From: an uncultured Gemmatimonadales bacterium
GTDB taxonomy: Bacteria; Gemmatimonadota; Gemmatimonadetes; Longimicrobiales; Gaopeijiaceae
Assembly (NCBI GenBank): GCA_963809895.1
Contig: CAWELD010000003.1
Coordinates: 3,136,001 to 3,200,000 of the forward strand
DNA length: 64,000 nucleotides
Reading direction: 5' to 3'
Part shown: one piece after another, positions 31,959-41,765 of the stretch
Numbering within the stretch: position 1 is the first letter of the stretch
How the letters are laid out: each line of letters starts with the position of its first letter
The notes under the pieces: model-generated
Seen by the model: the letters and a program-made list of their open reading frames with translations, nothing else
Told to the model about the DNA's origin: nothing
Database searches by the model: none
Position numbers and translations under genes: made by a program

Positions 31959-33161
31959 TCATCGCTCCGCCCCCTGGATCTCCACCCGCCCCACCGCCAA
32001 CCGCTCCACCTCGGTAGCCTCGTCCACCTGTCGCACAAGGATGCGTCCGTCGGGCATGAATCCCACGGGGAACGGGCTGTCCGCAGGCAGGGTGCCCACG
32101 TACGCCCCACTGGCGTCGAAGAGGTCGATGGGCCCGTCCTCGCCCTGGGCCGCCACGAAGCGCCGCACCCACAGCGTGCCGTCGGGCGCCACCGCCAGCG
32201 TTCCGAGCCACGGCATGACCGGCGCGAAGCCCCGCTGCTCCACGACCTCGTCGGGCTCACAGGTGCGCATGCCGCCGGGGGTGCCGATCTGCATGCCCTC
32301 GCCGACGCTGGCCAGCGCCAGCTCCGCGGTGGCAGGCCGGGGCTCGAGCCCCCGCTCGATGCGGCGCACCACGCCGCCGTCCCGGTAGACCCGGATGGCG
32401 TAACGGGCGTCGGGCGCCACGTACAGCGCCCCACCGCCGGCCACCCACGGCGTACCGGGCTCGAAGATCGGCGGCATGCCGTTGATGGAGATCCCACAGC
32501 TCTTGAATTCCACCGCCCGGCCCGGCGAGCCCTGCACCGAGAAGAGCCGCACCGAATCCCCACTCTCGGAGATGCGGAAGAGCGAGCGCTGCTGCCCCTC
32601 CGCCTGCAGCTCGCTGCGGAGCAGGACCAGGCCGTCGCCGTCCCACATCACCTCGCCGCCGGTGACCCGGAACGGAAGCGGCCACTCCCCCACGAACTCG
32701 CCGCCGGCGAAGCGCTGCAGGGCGACCTTGCTCAGGTCCATCACCACGCTCTCTCCACCCGGCGACACCGCCATCCCCCCGGGAAAGGACAGCTCACCGG
32801 GCCCTTCGCCCTGCCCTCCTGCGCTCCACAGGAAGCTGCCCGTGTCGTCGAAGGCCACGACCCGATAGGACTGACGGTCCAGCACGTAGATGTGACCCAG
32901 GCTGTCGGTGCCCACCAGGGAGCGGTGGATCTGGTAGAAGGACTCCTGGTCGGTCTCCTTCCCGCCCAGCGTGAATTCGGGCGTGAACACCGCGGTGAGC
33001 GGTTGATCCTCTGCGAGGCTGGTGACGATCTCCACGCCCGCCGAGTCCCGGCGCTCGACCTCGTCGCCCTGCCCCGACGTGCCGTCCCCGCACGCCGACA
33101 CACCGCCCACCGCCAGCACCGCCGCCACCGTGGTCACCGCCGCCGTCGACCGTCTCCGCAT
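31959..33161 (-). CDS. 6-bladed beta-propeller lipoprotein
   Basis: Lipobox VSAC; RDSAGVEIV, GHIYVLD, GGQGEGPGEL, DGTLWV, SGAYVG. Confidence 0.8.
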   Translation of the reverse strand: MRRRSTAAVTTVAAVLAVGGVSACGDGTSGQGDEVERRDSAGVEIVTSLAEDQPLTAVFTPEFTLGGKETDQESFYQIHRSLVGTDSLGHIYVLDRQSYRVVAFDDTGSFLWSAGGQGEGPGELSFPGGMAVSPGGESVVMDLSKVALQRFAGGEFVGEWPLPFRVTGGEVMWDGDGLVLLRSELQAEGQQRSLFRISESGDSVRLFSVQGSPGRAVEFKSCGISINGMPPIFEPGTPWVAGGGALYVAPDARYAIRVYRDGGVVRRIERGLEPRPATAELALASVGEGMQIGTPGGMRTCEPDEVVEQRGFAPVMPWLGTLAVAPDGTLWVRRFVAAQGEDGPIDLFDASGAYVGTLPADSPFPVGFMPDGRILVRQVDEATEVERLAVGRVEIQGAER

Positions 33162-33174
33162 CCCGCGCCTCCTG

Positions 33175-34200
33175 TCAGGGCTTCACGACCAGCTTACCGA
33201 ACACGTCTCCCGCCTCCAGCAGCTCGTGTCCCGCACGCACCTCGTCCAGCGACAGCACCTGGTGCACCACGGGCTTCAAGTGGCCCTGGAAGACCAGCTG
33301 CATCACCGTGCGGTACTCGGCCGGCGTACCCATGGTGGTGCCCAGGATGGAGAGCTGTTTCCAGAACAGATGCCGGATCTCGGTGGTGCCGTTGGCTCCG
33401 GTGGTGGCGCCGTAGCTGACCAGGCGCCCCCGCACCGCCAGCGAGCGCAGCACCGATTCCCACAGCGCCGCGCCCACCGAGTCCAGCGCCACGTCCACGC
33501 CGCGCCCCCCGGTCCGTTCCTTGAGCGGCCTCACCCAATCCCCCGCCGTGCGGTCGTAGGCGTGGTGCGCACCCAGCGCCTCCACGCGGGCCACGTTGTC
33601 GGGGCCGGAGGTGACGGCGTGTACCCGGGCACCCGCCAGCGCCGCGATCTGCACCGCCATCGTGCCCACACCGCCCGAGGCGCCGGTCACGAGGACGTCT
33701 TCGCCCGCCCGGAGCCCGCCCCGGGCCATGAGCCCCCGCCACGCCGTCACCGCCACCAGCCCCGCCGCCGCCGCGGTCTCGAACGACACCCCATCGGGGA
33801 GCTGCAGGAGGTTCCGGGCCGGCACGATGGCGTACTCGGCAAACCCCCCGTTGGTGTGCTCGCCCAGGAGCCGCATGGGCGGATCGTCGAAGGCCTCGCC
33901 CCGCGGCCGCCGTTCGTACCACTCGTAGTCCAGCGCCGGATCCACGGCGACCCGCGCACCCACGGCCGACGTCTCCACCCCGGGACCCACCGCGTCCACG
34001 ACCCCGGCCACGTCGGCGCCGCCGATGTGGGGCATGGTGGTCTCGATGGGAAGCCTGCGCCGCACCCACAGGTCCAGGTGGTTGAAGGCCGCGGCCCGCA
34101 CGGCCAGGCGCACCTCGCCGGGACCGGGCTCGGGGGTGGGAACGTCCTCGACCCGAAGGACCTCGGGTCCACCGAATTCGTGGAAGAGCGCGGCACGCAT
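33175..34200 (-). CDS. Zinc-type alcohol dehydrogenase/quinone oxidoreductase (MDR family)
   Basis: MRAALFHEFGGPEVL, NHLDLW, GGFAEY, VTGASGGVG, YGATTG, FGKLVV. Confidence 0.9.
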   Translation of the reverse strand: MRAALFHEFGGPEVLRVEDVPTPEPGPGEVRLAVRAAAFNHLDLWVRRRLPIETTMPHIGGADVAGVVDAVGPGVETSAVGARVAVDPALDYEWYERRPRGEAFDDPPMRLLGEHTNGGFAEYAIVPARNLLQLPDGVSFETAAAAGLVAVTAWRGLMARGGLRAGEDVLVTGASGGVGTMAVQIAALAGARVHAVTSGPDNVARVEALGAHHAYDRTAGDWVRPLKERTGGRGVDVALDSVGAALWESVLRSLAVRGRLVSYGATTGANGTTEIRHLFWKQLSILGTTMGTPAEYRTVMQLVFQGHLKPVVHQVLSLDEVRAGHELLEAGDVFGKLVVKP

Positions 34201-34333
34201 GGGCGGTCCGGGATGGGGAGCAGTCCCCGGATCGGCCACGGCACTCGCCGTCCGGGGTTCGGTCACGCGGGGTGCTACGGTATCCGCACGGGACGGTCCC
34301 GTCCAGCCCGCGCCCCCGTTACCTTTCTTGTCC

Positions 34334-34693
34334 GTGACCGACACCGATGCTCCCCCTCCCGCAGACCCCGGCGATCCGGACGAGACCACGCTGGGTGGTT
34401 ACCTCCGGATCCATGAGCGTCCCCCCGCTTTCGAGGGGACGGACGGACATCCCTACACCGTGTCCATCGAGGTGGAGAAGACCCCGGACCTGAGAGCTCC
34501 GTACGAGGGGTTCCTGGTCTTTCCGCGCTGGGCCACCACGGGCGTCGGCATCGTCGGTCACCTGGAAACGCCCACCCTCTGGCAGGGTACCGGGCGCGAC
34601 GAGGTCCTTCGGCAGGCGGGTGACACCTCGCTGCTCCGGGTCAAGGAGCTCCTGGACGAGGCCATCCGCCGTGAATCCAACGACGACGGATGA
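34334..34693 (+). CDS. Hypothetical protein
   Basis: Coding-like tract TLGGYLRIHERPPAFEGTDGHPYTVS...FPRWA; first gene of a tight run with proline dehydrogenase and queE. Confidence 0.65.
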   Translation: MTDTDAPPPADPGDPDETTLGGYLRIHERPPAFEGTDGHPYTVSIEVEKTPDLRAPYEGFLVFPRWATTGVGIVGHLETPTLWQGTGRDEVLRQAGDTSLLRVKELLDEAIRRESNDDG

Positions 34694-34697
34694 ACCC

Positions 34698-35666
34698 GTG
34701 GCCATCCTCAGAGACTCCCTGATCTTCCTGTCCCAGTCGGGCGCCGCCAAGGCGGTAGTGACCCGCACCCCACTCCGGGCCATGAGCCGGCGCTTCGTAC
34801 CCGGCGAGAAGGTGGACGACCTGGTGGGCGCCATCAAGGACGCCAACGCCGCCGGGTGCACGGCAACCGGCAACTATCTGGGTGAGTCCGTCCACGACGA
34901 GCCCAACGCGCGGCTCGCGGCCTCGGTCTACCTGGACATCCTGGACCGCATCGAGAAGGAGGGCCTGGACGCCAACGTCTCGCTCAAGTTCACGCAGCTC
35001 GGCCAGGACATCAGCGACGCGTTCCTCGCCGACAACCTGGGCCAGGTGCTGGAGCGGGCCAGGGCCATCGACAGCTTCGTGCGCTTCGACATGGAGGACT
35101 CGGAGCACACGCAGCGTACCCTGGACGCCTTCGAGACCCTGTGGAGCGAGGGCTGGCGCAACATCGGCGTGGTGCTCCAGTCCTACCTGCGCCGCTCGGC
35201 CGGCGACGTGGCGCGCATGAACCAGCTCGGTGCCCGGGTGCGGCTCTGCAAGGGCGCCTACGCCGAGCCGCCCGAGGTGGCCTTCCAGGCCCGACAGGAG
35301 GTGGACGCCAGCTACGTCGAGCTCATGAAGATGCTCCTGGAAGACGGCAACTACCCGGGCATCGCCACCCACGACGAGCGCATGATCGACGCCACCCTGG
35401 ATTTCGCCCGGGAGCGGGGCTACAGCCCCGATCGCTTCGAGTTCCAGATGCTCTACGGTGTGCGCCGCGACCTGCAGCAACAGCTGGTTTCCGAGGGATG
35501 GCGGGTGCGCGTGTACGTGCCCTTCGGCGAGCACTGGTATCCCTATCTGATGCGGCGGCTGGCCGAGCGCCCGGCGAACATGCTCTTCTTCGCGGGCAGC
35601 GTGGTGAAGGAGTCCCCGCTGGGCTTCCTGTGGCCGGGTGCGAAGGATGGCCGCAACGGACGCTGA
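34698..35666 (+). CDS. Monofunctional proline dehydrogenase
   Basis: SLKFTQLG, RFDMED, VLQSYL, RLCKGAY, IATHD, EFQMLYG, YVPFG..WYPYLMRRLAERPAN. Confidence 0.93.
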   Translation: MAILRDSLIFLSQSGAAKAVVTRTPLRAMSRRFVPGEKVDDLVGAIKDANAAGCTATGNYLGESVHDEPNARLAASVYLDILDRIEKEGLDANVSLKFTQLGQDISDAFLADNLGQVLERARAIDSFVRFDMEDSEHTQRTLDAFETLWSEGWRNIGVVLQSYLRRSAGDVARMNQLGARVRLCKGAYAEPPEVAFQARQEVDASYVELMKMLLEDGNYPGIATHDERMIDATLDFARERGYSPDRFEFQMLYGVRRDLQQQLVSEGWRVRVYVPFGEHWYPYLMRRLAERPANMLFFAGSVVKESPLGFLWPGAKDGRNGR

Positions 35667-36339
35667 CACGCAGGACGCACCCTTCCTGCGCGTCACGGAG
35701 ATCTTCCACTCCCTCCAGGGCGAATCCACCTGGGCGGGGCTGCCCTGCACCTTCGTGCGCCTCACGGGCTGCCCGCTGCGCTGCTCGTGGTGCGACACGG
35801 CCTACGCCTTCCACGGCGGCGAGCGCATGACGCTGGACGCCATCCTGGCCGAGGTGGCGGCCATGGGCACACCCCTGGTGGAGATCACCGGGGGCGAGCC
35901 GCTGGCCCACAAGGGGGCCTTCACGCTGGCCGACCGGCTGCTCGAGCGGGGCTATACCGTGCTGGTGGAGACCTCCGGCGCCTTCGACGTGTCGCCGCTG
36001 GACGCGCGCGTCCACAAGATCATGGACCTCAAGTGCCCCGGCTCGGGCGAGGTGGACCGCAACCTGTGGTCCAACCTCGACCACCTGACGCCGCGTGACG
36101 AGGTCAAGTTCGTGGTGGCGGACCGGGGGGATTACGAGTGGGCCCGGAACGTCGTCCGGGCCCGGGGGCTGGACCGCCGGGTGCAGGAGGGCGCGCTGCG
36201 GGCGATCCTGATCTCGCCCGTCTGGGACGCGGTGGATCTGGAGGGTCTCGCCGGGTGGATCCTGGAAGACCACCTGCCCGCGCGCTTCCAGATCCAGCTC
36301 CACAAGCTCATCTGGGGCCCCGATCGCACCGGGGTGTAG
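35647..36339 (+). CDS. queE: 7-carboxy-7-deazaguanine synthase (radical SAM)
   Basis: EIFHSLQGE, FVRLTGCPLRCSWCDT (CxxxCxxC), ITGGEPL, ETSG, QLHKLIW. Confidence 0.9.
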   Translation: MAATDADTQDAPFLRVTEIFHSLQGESTWAGLPCTFVRLTGCPLRCSWCDTAYAFHGGERMTLDAILAEVAAMGTPLVEITGGEPLAHKGAFTLADRLLERGYTVLVETSGAFDVSPLDARVHKIMDLKCPGSGEVDRNLWSNLDHLTPRDEVKFVVADRGDYEWARNVVRARGLDRRVQEGALRAILISPVWDAVDLEGLAGWILEDHLPARFQIQLHKLIWGPDRTGV

Positions 36340-36442
36340 GCGCTCTCCGCGGGCTACCAGTGCCCCCTGTCGCTGTCGCAACGTTTACGCGACAGGCCTC
36401 GTCCAACAGTCTGACCCTCGGTCCCCCACAGCTTCGATCGAC

Positions 36443-37774
36443 ATGAGCCTCCGATGCCCATCGCGGACGCCGTCCGCGACCCGCGTCCTCGCGGCGCCCG
36501 CGACGTTCCTGGCCCTGGTTCTGACCGCCGGCTGCGGCGGTGACGCCGACGCCGGATCCACCCTGGAGGTGGTCCGGGACACGGTGGCCGACACCCTGGT
36601 GGTGCGCACCGTCGCCGGGAGCGAGTGGGGCGCGGGCGCCACCCTGGTGCCCGAGGTGACCATCGGCGTCATGGAGGGCGACGAGCACTACATGTTCGGC
36701 ACCCTGCGCTCCATGGCCGTGGGGCCCGACGGGACCATCTACGTCATGGACGGTCAGATCCCCGCCGTGCGGGTCTACGACGCCGACGGCACCTATCGCA
36801 CCACCCTGGGCCGCAACGGCGAGGGTCCCGGTGAGTTCGGCCAGCCCGACGGCGGCATGGCCATCCTCTCCGACGGCCGACTCGTGGTGCGCGACCCCGG
36901 CAACGCGCGCCTGCAGGTCTTCGGGCCCGACGGCCAGGCCATCGACACCTGGCCGGTGATCAGCGGGGGATTCCACACCTCCACGCCCCTCTACATGGGA
37001 CCCGGCGACACCCTGCTGACACCGGTGCTGATGGACGCCCAGGCCGACGTCAGCGAATGGCGGTCCGGCCTCCAGCGCATGAGCCCCGTGGACGGCAGCA
37101 TCGTGGACACCCTGGAGGTACCGGACGTGGGGTACGAAGCACCCCAGATCGAGGCTCGCATGGTGCAGGGGGAGAGCCAGAGCGTCTCCATCAACTCGGT
37201 GCCGTTCTCGCCCACCGAGGTGTGGGCCTATCACCCTGACGGCTTCTTCATCCACGGAGTGAGCACGCAGTACGCGTTCTCACTCCTGCGCGAGGGATCG
37301 CCCCTGCGCATCGAGCGCGTGGCGGACCCCGTGCCGGTGGCCGGCGGCGAGAAGGACGAGGCCGAGGCCGAGGCCACCCGCAACATGCGCTTCACCGACC
37401 CCAACTGGCGCTGGAACGGGCCCCCGATTCCCGATACCAAACCTCCGTTCTCGGTCATCCTGGTGGGCCGCGACCGGCGCATCTGGGTCCAGGTGCCCAT
37501 GCCCGGCATCGAGGGGGAGGATCCCACCTACGACCCCACCGATCCCGACGCCCTGCCGGACCGCTGGAAGGCGCCCGTGGCCTTCGACGTCTTCGAGGCC
37601 GACGGCACCTATCTGGGCCACGTGGACACCCCCATGGGATTCAGCCTCTATCCGCGGCCGATCCTCGACGGCGACCAGGTGTGGGCCGTGACCCGCGACG
37701 ATTTCGACGTGGCCCAGGTCGTGCGCTTCCGCCTGCAGCGGCGCGGCGACGCGGTGGCGGCGAACGGCGGCTGA
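36443..37774 (+). CDS. 6-bladed beta-propeller lipoprotein
   Basis: Lipobox TAGC; DGTIYVMD, GRNGEGPGEF, RRIWV, DGTYLG. Confidence 0.8.
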   Translation: MSLRCPSRTPSATRVLAAPATFLALVLTAGCGGDADAGSTLEVVRDTVADTLVVRTVAGSEWGAGATLVPEVTIGVMEGDEHYMFGTLRSMAVGPDGTIYVMDGQIPAVRVYDADGTYRTTLGRNGEGPGEFGQPDGGMAILSDGRLVVRDPGNARLQVFGPDGQAIDTWPVISGGFHTSTPLYMGPGDTLLTPVLMDAQADVSEWRSGLQRMSPVDGSIVDTLEVPDVGYEAPQIEARMVQGESQSVSINSVPFSPTEVWAYHPDGFFIHGVSTQYAFSLLREGSPLRIERVADPVPVAGGEKDEAEAEATRNMRFTDPNWRWNGPPIPDTKPPFSVILVGRDRRIWVQVPMPGIEGEDPTYDPTDPDALPDRWKAPVAFDVFEADGTYLGHVDTPMGFSLYPRPILDGDQVWAVTRDDFDVAQVVRFRLQRRGDAVAANGG

Positions 37775-37859
37775 CTGCGCGAGTCGGTGGCGCCGGACCC
37801 CGGCTCACCGGTGCCGTGCGGGGTTGGTCGAAGGTAGTGGATGGATTTATTCTTGAAGA

Positions 37860-38480
37860 ATGAACGACCCACGTTTGCACGCCGTACGAGAGGCGCTGGC
37901 GGCCTACGCCGCCGATGCCGACGATCCTCCCGTCACCGACGAAGACGTCATCCAGGCCGCCGTGTCGGTGATCCTGCGTGCGCACCACGACGATGTGGAT
38001 CTCCTGCTCATCAAGCGGGCCCACAACCCACGCGATCCCTGGTCCGGCCACATGGCGCTCCCCGGCGGCCGCCGTGACGCGGCCGACGAGTCGCTGCTGG
38101 ACACGGCCGTGCGCGAGACCATGGAGGAGACGGCCGTGAAGCTCTCACCGGACCGCTCACGGGGATTCCTGGGCAGCCTGCCCCGGGTGATGCCCAGCAG
38201 CCCTCGGCTCCCCCGGCTCACCATCGCGCCCTACGTGTTCGGGGTCCCGGCCGACACCGAGGCCCGGGTGGCCTCGCGCGAGGTGGACCGCGTGCACTGG
38301 GTGTCGCTGGGATACCTGCGCGACCCCGGGACCGCGGGCACGGTGGAGATCGACCTGCCGGGCGGCCCCAGGAGCTTTCCCTGCCTGCGGGTGGACGACG
38401 AGGTGGTGTGGGGACTGACCTACCGGATCCTCGTCGACCTCTTCCAGCGCTTTCCCGACCCGCTGGGCGTTCCGGGCTGA
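37860..38480 (+). CDS. Nudix hydrolase, CoA pyrophosphatase-like
   Basis: LLIKRA...DPWSGHMALPGG...TAVRETMEE; VWGLT. Confidence 0.88.
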   Translation: MNDPRLHAVREALAAYAADADDPPVTDEDVIQAAVSVILRAHHDDVDLLLIKRAHNPRDPWSGHMALPGGRRDAADESLLDTAVRETMEETAVKLSPDRSRGFLGSLPRVMPSSPRLPRLTIAPYVFGVPADTEARVASREVDRVHWVSLGYLRDPGTAGTVEIDLPGGPRSFPCLRVDDEVVWGLTYRILVDLFQRFPDPLGVPG

Positions 38481-38573
38481 GCCGGATGCGCCCGGCGGGC
38501 CGGGTGCCGTGTCTTCGCCCCTGGCCGGCGGCCTTCCGGCCCGCCGAAGGCGGCGATCAGCGCGTGCGCGCCG

Positions 38574-39725
38574 TCACATCCCCGACGACGCGGTGTCCGG
38601 CGACTCCACCCACTCGGCGATGAAGACGTTGGTGTTGCCCGGATGCGAGGGATTCCGGTTGGAGCCCCACACCAGGTAACGGCCGTCGGGGCTCCACATG
38701 GGGAAGCCGTCGAAGTCCGCGGCGTAGGTGATCTGCTCCTGCCCCGTGCCGTCTTCGTTGATCATGTAGAGATCGAACTCTCGGCCCGTGGGGTCGGCCA
38801 TGTTCGACGCGAAGATGATCCGGTGACCGTCGGGGTGCCAATACGGGCCGAAGTTGGCGGCGCCGTTGTTCGTCACCTGATGCGCGTTGGAGCCGTCGGC
38901 GTCGGCCACCCAGATCTCCAGCTCGTTGGGCCGGATGAGCCCGTCGGCCAGCAGGGAGCGATAGTCCGCCAGCTCCTCGTCCGTCTTCGGATACCCGGCG
39001 CGCCACACGATCCTGGAGCCGTCGGGCGAGAAGAAGGCGCCGCCGTCGTAGCCGGGCTTGTCGGTGAGCCGGCGCACGTCGCTGCCGTCCAGGTTCATGG
39101 AGTAGAGGTCCAGGTCGCCGTCACGCACGCTGGTGAAGACGATGCGGTCGCCCACCGGCGAGATGGTGGCCTCGGCATCGTAGCCGGGGGTGTCGGTGAG
39201 CCGCTGGATGTTGCTCCCGTCGGCGTTGGCCGTGAAGATGTCGTAGCCCGGATAGACGGCCCACACGTAGCCTCGGGACATGTCCGGCGGCGGCGGGCAC
39301 GCCGAATCCGCCATGAAGGTGGACGAGTAGAGGATCCGCTGGTCACCCGGGAAGTAGTAGGAACAGGTCGTGCGGCCCTCTCCGTTGCTCAGCATCTGGG
39401 TGTCGCCGGTGGTCAGATCCATGGTGTAGATCTGGTCGCAGCCGCCGTCGGGACGCGTGCGCTGGAAGATCAGCCGGGTGCCGTCGTTGGAGAAATACGC
39501 CTCGGCGTTCTCCCCTTCGAAGGTGAGCTGACGCAGATTACGGAGGTGCACTTCTCGCGGATCCGCCTCGAAGGGGGTCCCGGCCGTCACCGTGAACGCT
39601 GCCTGGTTCGAGGTTTCCTCGTCGCCCGCCGTGCGGGCCTGGTCCGCGGTTTCCCCTCCCCCGCAGGACACCGCAGCCAACCATCCCAACGAGACACAAG
39701 AGCGAAGAAGTATGTTCGAGCTCAG
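38574..39725 (-). CDS. TolB-like PD40/WD40 beta-propeller lipoprotein
   Basis: RQLTFEGENAEAYFS, YDAEAT, YDGGAFFSPDG, FDGFPMWSPDG repeats. Start codon is uncertain. Confidence 0.85.
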   Translation of the reverse strand: MSSNILLRSCVSLGWLAAVSCGGGETADQARTAGDEETSNQAAFTVTAGTPFEADPREVHLRNLRQLTFEGENAEAYFSNDGTRLIFQRTRPDGGCDQIYTMDLTTGDTQMLSNGEGRTTCSYYFPGDQRILYSSTFMADSACPPPPDMSRGYVWAVYPGYDIFTANADGSNIQRLTDTPGYDAEATISPVGDRIVFTSVRDGDLDLYSMNLDGSDVRRLTDKPGYDGGAFFSPDGSRIVWRAGYPKTDEELADYRSLLADGLIRPNELEIWVADADGSNAHQVTNNGAANFGPYWHPDGHRIIFASNMADPTGREFDLYMINEDGTGQEQITYAADFDGFPMWSPDGRYLVWGSNRNPSHPGNTNVFIAEWVESPDTASSGM

Positions 39726-39739
39726 AGAAAGATCGTCGC

Positions 39740-41479
39740 ATGATTCGTCATCCGTGGCTTGTGGCCGCCGGGGGACTCCTGATGGCGGTGCCGGGCCTCT
39801 CGGCCCAGAGCTGTCCCGCACCTGGGGCTCCCGCGGCGGACGAGACCGGGGCCATGGCCCACGTACGTTATCTGGCTGACGACGCCCTGGAGGGTCGGGA
39901 AGTCGCCTCGCCTGGGGCGCACTGCGCTGGCGACTACATCGCCGCGCACTTCCAGGCGCTCGGACTCGAGCCCGCCGGCGACGGCGGAACCTACTTCGAG
40001 TCCTTCCCGGTGCGCGTGGGCAGCAGCCTCGGCACCGGAAACGTCCTCGGAATCTCCGGGAACACCTGGGTCCTGGGCAAGGGCTGGACGCCCTTCGGAT
40101 TCTCCGCCACCGCCGACGTGGACGGCCCCCTGACCTATCAGGGCGCCGGCGTGGAGCGGCCTTCGGGCGAGGACGTGGACTCGGCGGCGCTGAATCGCTT
40201 CGCCGGCCAGGTGGTGGTGCTGGAGGCGGTGGGCGCCGACGAGACGCCGGGCACCTTCTCCACCGACCCCCACCTCAAGGCCAGCGCGGCCCAGAGCCTG
40301 GGCGCCGCGGGAGTGATCCTGCTGCTCTCCGACGGCGAGGCGCTGCCCTCGCCCGACGCCGAGCGCCGCCCCTATCTGCGGGTTCCGGTGGCCGCCGTGG
40401 GCGGCGATGCGGCCGAGGCCGTGCGCCGGGCGGCCCGGGCCGGTGAGGTCGTGCACATGGTGACGGTGGTGGAGCCCCGTACCGCCCAGGGACGCAACGT
40501 GGCCGCCCTGTTGCCGGGCAGCGATCCGGCGCTGGCCGCCGAAGTGGTGGTCCTCGGCGCGCACTACGATCACCTGGGCCACGGTGGCGAGGGGTCGCTG
40601 GCGCCGGACTCGCACGAGGTCCACAACGGCGCCGACGACAACGCCTCCGGCACCGGCGCGCTCCTGGAAGCGGCCCGTATCATGAGCCAGGGTCCCCGTC
40701 CGCGCCGGCCGGTCCTCTTCCTCTCCTTCACCGGCGAGGAGCGCGGGCTGCTGGGCTCGGCGTGGTACGTGGAGCACCCCACGGTGTCGCTGGACTCGGC
40801 GGTGGCCATGATCAACATGGACATGGTGGGGCGGCTGCGGGACAACACCCTCACCGTCTACGGCATGGGCACCGCCCAGGAGTGGGACGGGCTGGTGGCC
40901 GAGGTGAACCAGGCCCAGGCCCAGCCCTTCCAGCTCTCGCTCCTGCCCGACGGCTTCGGGCCCTCCGACCACTCCTCGTTCTACGGTCGGGGGATTCCGG
41001 TGCTGCACTTCTTCACCAACACCCACGCCCAGTACCACCGGCCCGAAGACGACTGGCAGCTCATCAACGGCCCAGGCCTGGAGCGGGTGGCCGAATTCGC
41101 CGCCGCCGTGGCCGGACGGTTGGCGGGCACCCCCGAACGGGTGGCCGCATCGCTCACCCCGGTGGCCGGCGCCGGCCAGCCTCAGGCCTCCGGCGAGTCG
41201 TCGGGCCGCGGCTACGGACCCTACTTCGGCAGCATCCCGGACATGAGCCCGCAGGACTACGGCGTGCGCCTGAGCGGCGTGCGCGAGGACAGCCCCGCGG
41301 CCCGCGCAGGCCTGGAAGCCGGCGACATCCTCATCCGCTTCGGAGGCGAGGAGGTGGCCGACCTGTACGGCTTCACCTACGCGCTCCGCGACCGCAAGCC
41401 CGGCGACCGCGTGGAGGTGGTGGTGCTCCGCGACGGCCAGCGCATCACCATGTACGCGGTGCTGGGGGAGCGGCGGTAG
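39740..41479 (+). CDS. M28 family aminopeptidase with PA and C-terminal PDZ domains
   Basis: GAHYDHLG, NGADDNASG, GEERGLLGS, NMDMVG, SDH, YHRPED; PDZ SPAARAGLEAGD. Confidence 0.92.
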   Translation: MIRHPWLVAAGGLLMAVPGLSAQSCPAPGAPAADETGAMAHVRYLADDALEGREVASPGAHCAGDYIAAHFQALGLEPAGDGGTYFESFPVRVGSSLGTGNVLGISGNTWVLGKGWTPFGFSATADVDGPLTYQGAGVERPSGEDVDSAALNRFAGQVVVLEAVGADETPGTFSTDPHLKASAAQSLGAAGVILLLSDGEALPSPDAERRPYLRVPVAAVGGDAAEAVRRAARAGEVVHMVTVVEPRTAQGRNVAALLPGSDPALAAEVVVLGAHYDHLGHGGEGSLAPDSHEVHNGADDNASGTGALLEAARIMSQGPRPRRPVLFLSFTGEERGLLGSAWYVEHPTVSLDSAVAMINMDMVGRLRDNTLTVYGMGTAQEWDGLVAEVNQAQAQPFQLSLLPDGFGPSDHSSFYGRGIPVLHFFTNTHAQYHRPEDDWQLINGPGLERVAEFAAAVAGRLAGTPERVAASLTPVAGAGQPQASGESSGRGYGPYFGSIPDMSPQDYGVRLSGVREDSPAARAGLEAGDILIRFGGEEVADLYGFTYALRDRKPGDRVEVVVLRDGQRITMYAVLGERR

Positions 41480-41765
41480 GGCTGGCGGCTGGCGGGCCGC
41501 CGGCGAGGTGACGAAAGGACCGAGCGTCGAGGTCTCACGGGCGTCGGGTCCCATTCAGCGCGCCTACGGTGCTCGCGTGGGGTGATGGTGCCGAGCCGGC
41601 CGAGCGCTTGGTCCGTTCGGCTCCCATTGCGTGATGAAGTCGGCCAATCGCCCGACTCCCGGTCGCGAGTGGTCTGTTCGCACCTGGTCTGGTTGCCGGC
41701 GGGCCAGAGGTCGTCGGGGCTCCGCCGGTGCCGCCGGTGCCGCCGGTGCGCCCGGAGCACCCCCC

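Noticed and set aside
9538..36339. 7-deazaguanine DNA modification (dpd) system suggested by queG, queE and a nuclease
   Set aside because: No dpdA/tgt-like or other dpd genes are present; queE is 25 kb away in a housekeeping context.
41722..41748. Three tandem copies of CCGCCGGTG
   Set aside because: Short GC-rich microrepeat between convergent genes; no spacers, so not CRISPR.
41480..41765. Possible ncRNA in a ~285-bp intergenic gap
   Set aside because: No recognisable RNA family motif or convincing structure by eye; an Rfam search would be needed.
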